Part shown: positions 56,983 through 64,000 of the stretch, piece by piece
Numbering within the stretch: position 1 is the first letter of the stretch
Layout: each line of letters starts with the position of its first letter
From: a virus
Length of the DNA stretch: 64,000 bases
IMG/VR virus record: IMGVR_UViG_3300012971_000018
Span: 32,001-96,000 of that record
Reading direction: 5' to 3' (one strand)
Notes under the pieces: generated by a model
Database searches by the model: none
The model's input: the letters and a program-made list of their open reading frames with translations, nothing else
Told to the model about the DNA's origin: nothing
Program-made: the position numbers and the translations under genes

Positions 56983-58067
56983 ACGGCATTTTCGTATGCG
57001 TCCCGGTCTGGGGCGAGAACCACGTAAACCGGCTGCTCGACGTCGCGATCCCATGCTTGTTGGCGGAAGGTAATCTGCCGACGCTCGCCCGCATCTACCG
57101 GGTCGCGATGGTTATCTACACCAACGAGTACGACGCCGAGGTGCTGCGGGCTTCGAGCAGAATGAAGGCGCTCGAAGCGGTTATCGACGTGGTCTACGAG
57201 ACCTACGGGCACAATCCCGCCGAGATGGTCCAGATACTCCACCCGGGTTTCGGACACGGTGGGACCGTAATGAAGATATGCCATAACTACGGCATCGTCC
57301 GGGCCTGGAAGGCCGGCTTCGGGCTATGCCCGATCGTGGCGGACGAGTTCTTCTCGAATGCCTGGGGCGAGACGATCCTGTACTGCCTTAAGACCGGCCG
57401 GCGCGCCGTTATGGAGGTCGGCTACGCGCTTCCCAACACATTCCTGGAAGTCCTCGACCGGCACCGCAAGGGCGATGTTATCTCGATCTCGCCACGGGAT
57501 GCCTCTCGCGAGATGATTAAGCTTATTAATCCGCCTTCGATCGCCGAGCACGACGATCGCCAATGGCGGTTGCTCTGGGGGGCGCTCTCGGGCCACGGCT
57601 TCCTAATGCGCCCGCACCACATCCCGGTCGACTTTATCTGGCCGACGAAGGGACCGGTGTGGTGCAATCGGAGCCAGGACAATGACTTTGCACACCAGGC
57701 GCTCGATACGCCCAACGATGTTCTGCTAATTACCTCCTCGCTCCAGTCCGTTAACGGTGGCATCGAGGGCATGGGCAACTCCGCACCCCCAAAGCCGACA
57801 TCGTGGGACGCTGCGCGGGCCGCTTGCGTTAACGCCGAGCTACAGGCGGTTTGGCTTAAGCACGCCTGCAACGATTGGCACAAGCAATGGATGTCGACGA
57901 ATTTCTGGTGCGAGGATGGCGAGCTGGGCACGGACGAGCGCAAGTATATTGAAGACCATGCCGCCGCGGTTGTCGCCGAATGTTTCGTGCAATACGATAA
58001 TCTAATGGCTGGCCGTGGACGTGCCGAGATGCATGCGGCCGATCGCGAGATTAGCACTTGGTGGTGA
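56979..58067 (+). CDS. glycosyltransferase-like protein
   Basis: CVPVWG...IPCLLAEGNLP, IVADEFFS. Confidence 0.5.
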   Translation: MNGIFVCVPVWGENHVNRLLDVAIPCLLAEGNLPTLARIYRVAMVIYTNEYDAEVLRASSRMKALEAVIDVVYETYGHNPAEMVQILHPGFGHGGTVMKICHNYGIVRAWKAGFGLCPIVADEFFSNAWGETILYCLKTGRRAVMEVGYALPNTFLEVLDRHRKGDVISISPRDASREMIKLINPPSIAEHDDRQWRLLWGALSGHGFLMRPHHIPVDFIWPTKGPVWCNRSQDNDFAHQALDTPNDVLLITSSLQSVNGGIEGMGNSAPPKPTSWDAARAACVNAELQAVWLKHACNDWHKQWMSTNFWCEDGELGTDERKYIEDHAAAVVAECFVQYDNLMAGRGRAEMHAADREISTWW

Positions 58068-58073
58068 ACACAC

Positions 58074-61000
58074 ATGGCGCTGCCTAGCTTTTCCAGCAAC
58101 AAGGGCTGCTATGTAAATGGTAGGTGGCAGAGCGAGTGCGACCGGCAGGCTCGTGAATGGCTGCAAAAGCAAGGAGCTAAACAGCGCGAGGCATCGGTTA
58201 CCAAGAACGTAACTCTTGCTAATGGCAAGGTGCTGCCTAACAGAACGCTAAAGGACACGGTGTGGGACCTCCCGAGTGGCCAGACGGTTAAGCTTGAGTC
58301 CCATCCCGGAAGTTTTGGTAACCTAGCGGCTCCGAGAAGTGCCAGCACCCGCATTGTGGAAGCACCGCGCCATTTTTGGCGTGGAGGGGGCGACGAGATG
58401 GCTCCTAAAGAGGAAGCAGAGGACCTTGGCATCGGGGAGCTTTCCTCCACCGATATGGCGAAGTTTTCTGCGCTTCCGCGTGCGAAGAAGGCGCAGGTCG
58501 CCGAGCTTATGACCCAAGCGCGCAAGTGGAAGGACCGCGGCCAGGAGGCTCGCGCCAACACCTACATTCGCCAAGCCGAGGCGATCCTGGGACAGGACGG
58601 CTGGGCGCAGGATATCCCGTACCAGGTAACCCAGGGCAAAGAGGCCAAGGCCGCCGGCAAGTCCGAGGCCGACAATCCCTATCCGAAAGGCTCCAACCCT
58701 GCGCGCTTCTGGCGCGACGGCTTCCGCGATACCTGGGAAGCCCCCTATTCGCCCGGTGCCATGCCGGGCGGACGGGACGAAGAGCGCCCCGACGAGCTAA
58801 GGCACGCCGCGGGCGTAATGTTCATAGACCCCGAAGGCCAAGTCCTTCTTATGCGCCGGGCGGGCAATAGCGACCATAGCGGCGAATGGTCCTGGCCCGC
58901 GGGCGGGATGGAGGAGGGCGAAGGCCCCGAGGAGACTGCGTACCGCGAGGCCGGCGAAGAGACTGGATACCTCCCCGAGAATTTGAGCTTTATCCACCAG
59001 GAGACCTCGCCCGATAACGTCGACTTCGTTACGTTTGGCTCGCAGGTCGATGCCCCGTTTAGGCCCGAGCTAAACGACGAGCACGACGAGCACGGCTGGT
59101 TTCCGCTCGACCAGCTTCCCGAGAATGTGCACCCGGGCGTGCGTTCGCTGTTCGATGGGGATGCCGATCCCATGGCCGAATGGCAGAAGAAGAACCAGCC
59201 ATGGAAGCTGCGCGAGCAGGAGCACGAGCTTCCGCCCGGGGGCGATCCCGAGGCGGAGGAGCGCGTTAACGAATACGCGCGCGCCGGCACGCCGAGGAAG
59301 GCGAACGACGCGCCTACTATGAGCAAGGAAGAGGCCGGCTACATCGACGCGGCTCCCGGTCCGAGGTTCTGCCAGGATTGCACGATGTTCCGGGAGGGCG
59401 GCGCTTGCACGCTGGTCGAGGGCGATATCGCACCGAAGGGTTGTTGCGACCACTTCGAGGCCAAAGGGGCGAACGACGAAGAGCCGGAGATTATCGTCGA
59501 CGACGACTATGCGGATATTGAGGTCGACTCGGACCACGATGGCCCTTGGATGTCTTGCATGTCCAAGGACGGGACGAAGATGTACGTTAATTCCAATCTC
59601 CCCGACGAGGTCGATATCCTTGGCACCAAGGTCGACCCGGTTAACGTTCTGCTCCGGCACGAAGCCCCCGAGTGGCAGGACCTGCGGGAGCGGATCGAGG
59701 AGTTTAAGCTGGAGCACGGCCGCGAGCCGAAGACGTCCGAGCGCGAGCAGATTTATCTAAAGGCACACAACGCCGCCGGAACGCCGAACGAGCGCGCCTA
59801 CTGCAAAGAGCAGGGCATTGATTGGGATGCCTGGTCGGCTTGGTGCCGCGGCCAGGAGTCGAAAATCGAGAATATGGAGCCGAAGAACATGCCGGCCGAC
59901 GCCGATGTCTGGCCGGTCCGGCACTACCATGGCGACCTCGAAGTAACGATGGACAGCTACGTTACGGTCGATATGGAGGAGGAGGACTTGGAGGAGGCCG
60001 AGGACTTGCCGCTCGGCCAGCACCAACAGGAGACCGACTTCCTTAGAAAGTACCGCGCTGGAAAGCGCGGGGTCGAGGGACTTAGCATTCTTGGCCGCAG
60101 GCCCCCGCCGCCACCCGAAAGATTGCACCATACGCAGAAGCACATAGAACATAGTGGCCATCTTGAGCGAAAGGGGGCGTACCGGTTCGATCCGCTGTTT
60201 GCCGGCGATGCTGGCGAGGACACATTTATTACGGTTATGGGCGGCGACTTGTCGATGGTCGATGCCACGACCGGGCGTGCGCTGGGTACGCTCTCGCGCG
60301 TTGGCGTATGGAAGTACGATCCGTCCAGTGGACAACATCGGGTGGTCGAGGTCTCCAACGATCTCGGCGCAATGCAGCACAAGTATGGAGTACCGGACCA
60401 GAACGTACACCACCAGGGATCGGACGAGGCGATCGATGAATTCCGCGAGGAAGAGCACAAGCGCGACCAGGGTGGGAAGTTTAGCTCTACAGGTGGCGGT
60501 GGCGGTGGCGCAGTGGCTGGCGGCCCACCCAAGCAAAACAAGGCGGGATTTAAGCGTGCTGCCGGGTATGGAGCGCCAACCCAAAAGCCCGCGGCCCCAT
60601 CGCCCGCGAAGGCCGAACAAAAGGCACCCGAGGTAGCGGCGCCCAAGAAGATTTCCGAGAAGGTTAAGGCGGCCCCCAAGCAGGTTGCGCAGAAAGCCGC
60701 CACCGCGATTAAGCAGAAGAAGGAGAAGGTTAAAACCTTATTGAATAGCAAAGAGGCGCGCAAGGAATTGCGCAGCCATTTAACACATGAATCGCTGCAC
60801 CATGTGGGCAAGATCGCCGAGGGCATGGCCTACAAGGCGGCGGTTGTCCCCGCTGTCCATCTGGCCATGGAGCACATCCTTCCGCACCTGGGGCTGCATG
60901 GCTCGGGGGCGATGTTTACGGCGGTTGGGGTGGGTGCCTACGCCGTCCACCATCTTATGGACAAGCTGCACATCGACAGCCACGGCGCCACGAAGCTTCT

Positions 61001-62891
61001 AGTCGCTGGCGCGAAAGGACTGGTTAAGGCGATCCAAGGTCTCCGCGAAGTTTCCGGCGAAGCCCATTCCCAGGCGCGGGCCAAGGTGCCGTACTCGCAC
61101 GACGCGGCGGACGATTACGCCGACATTCTCCAGTCCTTGCAGGAGCTAATTAAGCTGCTCGAAGACGATCCCGACGAGGTTATTAACGCCGAGCCGGCCG
61201 ATCTCGACGAGGAGGAGGAACCCGGGGAGGATAGCCTGGGGCATGACTCGGCGCTCGCAATGGACCGCATCCCGGACCGCCACAAGTCGCTCTTCCTTGC
61301 GCGACGGGTCGGTATCCAATTTGCTTTCGACGATAACGAGAGCCAGCGTTCGCTCGACAAGGACGGCCGGCTCCACGTCGCGATATCGCCGATTAGCAAG
61401 GCCAACATCTGCCCCTATATCGGCCACGAGATACCGGGCTACCAAGAGCTGGGGCTGGAGGCCGACAAGGTCTACAAGCTGCTGCGCGATCCGCGCGAGC
61501 TGGCCAAGGCGGTTCCGACCTTTAACGGAATTCAAATCCTGCAAAAGCACATCCCGGTAAACTCCGAGGACCACCAGCCCTACGACGTTATCGGCGCGAC
61601 CGGGACCGACGCCAACTTCGCGCACCCGTACCTAACGAACTCGCTGCACATCTGGCCGCAGTTTGCCATTAACGATATCGACAAGAAGGTAAAGCACCAG
61701 CTTAGTTCCGCCTATCGGTATACGCCGGACATGACCCCTGGGACGTACGAGGGCGAGCCGTACGATGGCGTTATGCGGGACATCGTCGGCAACCACGTCG
61801 CACTGGTCGAGGAAGGCCGGGCCGGCGACGACGTTGCGGTTAGCGATGCGCTGCCCGACGAGCTGCGCATGCTGGAGTTCGATGTTAACGCCTACGAATA
61901 CGGTCGTGGGCTGCGGATGGCGCTCGACGAGGCGACGTTCCGCGAGGAAGACCATAAGCGGGACCAGGGTGGCAAGTTCTCCTCGACCGGTGCCGGCGGT
62001 GGGGCGGCGGCGAAGACCGAGGCCAAGACCGAAACCAAGACCGCGGAGAAGCCGGCCGAGAAGGCCGGGGGCGAGGCGCCCACAGCCCAGAAGTCGAATG
62101 GCGCCGCCAAGGAAGCAAGTACCGAGCCCGAGACCAGGGGCGAGCAGCTTCGTAAGAAATACAAGACCGAGGCGAACACGCCTAAATCCGCTGGCAAGGC
62201 GGGAACGCACCCCGGCAAGGGCTATTCGAAGAACGCCAAGATCGACGACTACGGCACCATCCAGACCGACAATGTCGACGATGCGGCGCGTGCCTTGTGG
62301 GAGAACAAGAAAGTCGAGCTTACCCAGGTAAAGCAGGTTAGCACGCTAATCGACAAGCTCGGCAAGATCGCAGCCCAATGGGAGAAGCACACCGGTTCGA
62401 AGAAGAAGTTCAATTTGTGCAACGTTAGCGTTAAGGGCACCAACCTGTTCTGCGCCGAGAGCCAGGGCATCCCGCGCGTTCGCATGCCGCAGTTTAAGGA
62501 CAATGCCCACGCGCTGGCGTTCGTCGACTATCTAAAAGCCAAGGGCATAAAGACTGACGCCGGCACCGAGGTCGCCGCCAATCTTAAGGCAACGCAGGAC
62601 GAGCTGGGCGCCACCAACGTTGCCGGGATTATGAAGGTCCTGCGCTCCGGCAACGATCCCACCGATCTGGCGGGACGGCCGCTTGTTATCTCGCGCGACG
62701 GCTATGTCGTAGACGGCCACCACACCTGGGCCGCGAAGCTCGGGATCGATGTGGCAGATGGCAAAACGGTCGATGGCAAGAAGATGAACGTAGAGCGTAT
62801 TAATCTGCCGATTATTGAAATCCTGTACGAGGCCAACAAGTTTACCGGCAAGTCCGGCCGCAAGGCGATGGACAGGAGGCGGTACCTATGA
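58074..62891 (+). CDS. multidomain head polyprotein: RMF-like, NUDIX, HiPIP-like, DUF2213, ParB-like
   Basis: NPYP..WRDGF; [22 protein letters not shown]; CQDC..C..CC; [26 protein letters not shown]; DGHHTWA. Confidence 0.85.
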   Translation: MALPSFSSNKGCYVNGRWQSECDRQAREWLQKQGAKQREASVTKNVTLANGKVLPNRTLKDTVWDLPSGQTVKLESHPGSFGNLAAPRSASTRIVEAPRHFWRGGGDEMAPKEEAEDLGIGELSSTDMAKFSALPRAKKAQVAELMTQARKWKDRGQEARANTYIRQAEAILGQDGWAQDIPYQVTQGKEAKAAGKSEADNPYPKGSNPARFWRDGFRDTWEAPYSPGAMPGGRDEERPDELRHAAGVMFIDPEGQVLLMRRAGNSDHSGEWSWPAGGMEEGEGPEETAYREAGEETGYLPENLSFIHQETSPDNVDFVTFGSQVDAPFRPELNDEHDEHGWFPLDQLPENVHPGVRSLFDGDADPMAEWQKKNQPWKLREQEHELPPGGDPEAEERVNEYARAGTPRKANDAPTMSKEEAGYIDAAPGPRFCQDCTMFREGGACTLVEGDIAPKGCCDHFEAKGANDEEPEIIVDDDYADIEVDSDHDGPWMSCMSKDGTKMYVNSNLPDEVDILGTKVDPVNVLLRHEAPEWQDLRERIEEFKLEHGREPKTSEREQIYLKAHNAAGTPNERAYCKEQGIDWDAWSAWCRGQESKIENMEPKNMPADADVWPVRHYHGDLEVTMDSYVTVDMEEEDLEEAEDLPLGQHQQETDFLRKYRAGKRGVEGLSILGRRPPPPPERLHHTQKHIEHSGHLERKGAYRFDPLFAGDAGEDTFITVMGGDLSMVDATTGRALGTLSRVGVWKYDPSSGQHRVVEVSNDLGAMQHKYGVPDQNVHHQGSDEAIDEFREEEHKRDQGGKFSSTGGGGGGAVAGGPPKQNKAGFKRAAGYGAPTQKPAAPSPAKAEQKAPEVAAPKKISEKVKAAPKQVAQKAATAIKQKKEKVKTLLNSKEARKELRSHLTHESLHHVGKIAEGMAYKAAVVPAVHLAMEHILPHLGLHGSGAMFTAVGVGAYAVHHLMDKLHIDSHGATKLLVAGAKGLVKAIQGLREVSGEAHSQARAKVPYSHDAADDYADILQSLQELIKLLEDDPDEVINAEPADLDEEEEPGEDSLGHDSALAMDRIPDRHKSLFLARRVGIQFAFDDNESQRSLDKDGRLHVAISPISKANICPYIGHEIPGYQELGLEADKVYKLLRDPRELAKAVPTFNGIQILQKHIPVNSEDHQPYDVIGATGTDANFAHPYLTNSLHIWPQFAINDIDKKVKHQLSSAYRYTPDMTPGTYEGEPYDGVMRDIVGNHVALVEEGRAGDDVAVSDALPDELRMLEFDVNAYEYGRGLRMALDEATFREEDHKRDQGGKFSSTGAGGGAAAKTEAKTETKTAEKPAEKAGGEAPTAQKSNGAAKEASTEPETRGEQLRKKYKTEANTPKSAGKAGTHPGKGYSKNAKIDDYGTIQTDNVDDAARALWENKKVELTQVKQVSTLIDKLGKIAAQWEKHTGSKKKFNLCNVSVKGTNLFCAESQGIPRVRMPQFKDNAHALAFVDYLKAKGIKTDAGTEVAANLKATQDELGATNVAGIMKVLRSGNDPTDLAGRPLVISRDGYVVDGHHTWAAKLGIDVADGKTVDGKKMNVERINLPIIEILYEANKFTGKSGRKAMDRRRYL

Positions 62892-63946
62892 GGGTCGATC
62901 CGATTGCATATGGGCTTGGCCTCGCGCTTGCGATGGACCGGAAGGTTTGCAACATCTTCGGGGAATGTGTCGAGCAGAGCGAGGAGGCGGGCCGCAAAGA
63001 GGTCCAGCAGGCCAGGAAGGGGGAAAAGCAGCGGGAGAAGGAAGCCACGAAATATTTGAAGGGCAGGGACGCTCTCGCCCCCGAGCAGCAAAAGCCATTG
63101 GTAACGTGGAAGGTCGGCGACCCCGAGGATACCGAGCGCGTCGCGCGCGAAGTCGGAGTGCCCCCCGAGAAGCTCCACGAGATGGCGCGCAACTTCCACA
63201 ACTACAAGGCCCACGATGCCGAGGAGACCGTCGTGCCCGCAGGCGGTGCCAATGCCGAGACCCATGGCGCCGCCCATGCGACCGAGCGTGCCGAGATCGC
63301 CGGCAAGACCGGCATTACCGGCGGTCCGCCGACGCGCCATCCGACCGACGGCGGCGGTGCGGGTCTTACGGCGACGGGGCACATGAAAGTCCCGGACAAC
63401 ATCGATTGGCCGAGCAAGGATGCGGAGCCGGACCCACACGAAGAAGAGAAAGCCGGGATCGCCGCCGAGTGGCGGCGAAACAAGCGGGCCGCGGCGGATC
63501 GCGAGAGCGAGCTGTTGCGCGAGCCGGGTGAGGACCAGCGTCGGGAGCTAACGCACAACGAGTTGGCCGAGCTGTACAATCTTTACCATCTCGCTCGCAC
63601 GGCGTTGGCGGGGGAAAGCCCATCCCAGTACGATCGTAAGCTCTGGGCCACCAAGGAGTTTGCAAAACTCCACCCGGATATCCCTTCCAAATGGATATAT
63701 CTCGGGTTCGAACAATCCGGGCCGGGCAGGGACAGCATTGCTGGGGACGCCAAAGCGTTTCCTTCCTGGAAGGAGGCGCATACGGCTGCGGTCCAGTTAG
63801 CACGGCAATTGGGACGCGAAGTTGGTATCGAGCGGACCAAGGAATATGGCAAAGAGGTTTATTTGGTGCACCATCTGCCAAATCCTGGTAATCGCTACGG
63901 GTTCGAATTAAGGGTCGAGGTGGTAAAGCCAACCGACCCCCTTTGA
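62888..63946 (+). CDS. modular head-region hypothetical protein
   Basis: ATGA-coupled; begins [10 protein letters not shown], resembling [10 protein letters not shown] in the upstream polyprotein. Confidence 0.7.
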   Translation: MRVDPIAYGLGLALAMDRKVCNIFGECVEQSEEAGRKEVQQARKGEKQREKEATKYLKGRDALAPEQQKPLVTWKVGDPEDTERVAREVGVPPEKLHEMARNFHNYKAHDAEETVVPAGGANAETHGAAHATERAEIAGKTGITGGPPTRHPTDGGGAGLTATGHMKVPDNIDWPSKDAEPDPHEEEKAGIAAEWRRNKRAAADRESELLREPGEDQRRELTHNELAELYNLYHLARTALAGESPSQYDRKLWATKEFAKLHPDIPSKWIYLGFEQSGPGRDSIAGDAKAFPSWKEAHTAAVQLARQLGREVGIERTKEYGKEVYLVHHLPNPGNRYGFELRVEVVKPTDPL

Positions 63947-64000
63947 GAATTAGCAAATAGCTACTGCCACAAGGCAGAGCAATCTATCCGTTCCAGTTGG

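Noticed and set aside
1-64000. TGA stop-codon reassignment as the cause of TGA scarcity
   Set aside because: TGA still ends genes (ATGA overlaps), ORFs are intact in the standard code, and TCA is depleted as well
1-64000. GANTC (CcrM site) avoidance
   Set aside because: GAGTC and GACTC occur repeatedly, for example near 10505

Overview
A 64-kb segment of a GC-rich tailed dsDNA bacteriophage. No host housekeeping genes or integrase are visible; an alphaproteobacterial host is a guess. Layout: (1) 1-5.6 kb, a leftward operon of small genes with an amidoligase and two gamma-glutamyl cyclotransferases, interleaved with highly base-paired non-coding stretches. (2) 5.6-7.5 kb, a divergent control region. 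(3) 7.6-34 kb, rightward replication/recombination genes (DnaB, SNF2, primase, sigma-like, beta clamp, UDG-PolA with intein, clamp loader, UvsY-like, gp32-like SSB, RecA, NusG). These surround a thymidine hypermodification cluster (PLP enzyme, amidoligase, SDR, radical SAM, amino-acid:DNA transferase, P-loop kinase, aGPT-Pplase1, HD hydrolase, intein-containing dUMP hydroxymethylase). (4) 34-64 kb, packaging/head genes (TerS, TerL, portal, MuF, DUF2213 polyprotein), interrupted by a glycosyltransferase/oxygenase/methyltransferase island beside a 1495-aa Pro/Trp repeat protein. Most notable: an extended T-hypermodification pathway, a window-wide TCA/TGA to TTA/TAA footprint, an HNH nuclease overprinted out of frame inside an intein, a modular head polyprotein (NUDIX, HiPIP-like, RMF-like, ParB-like), (GGTNN)n tracts and candidate ncRNAs. 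All family calls come from motif recognition by eye; no searches were run.
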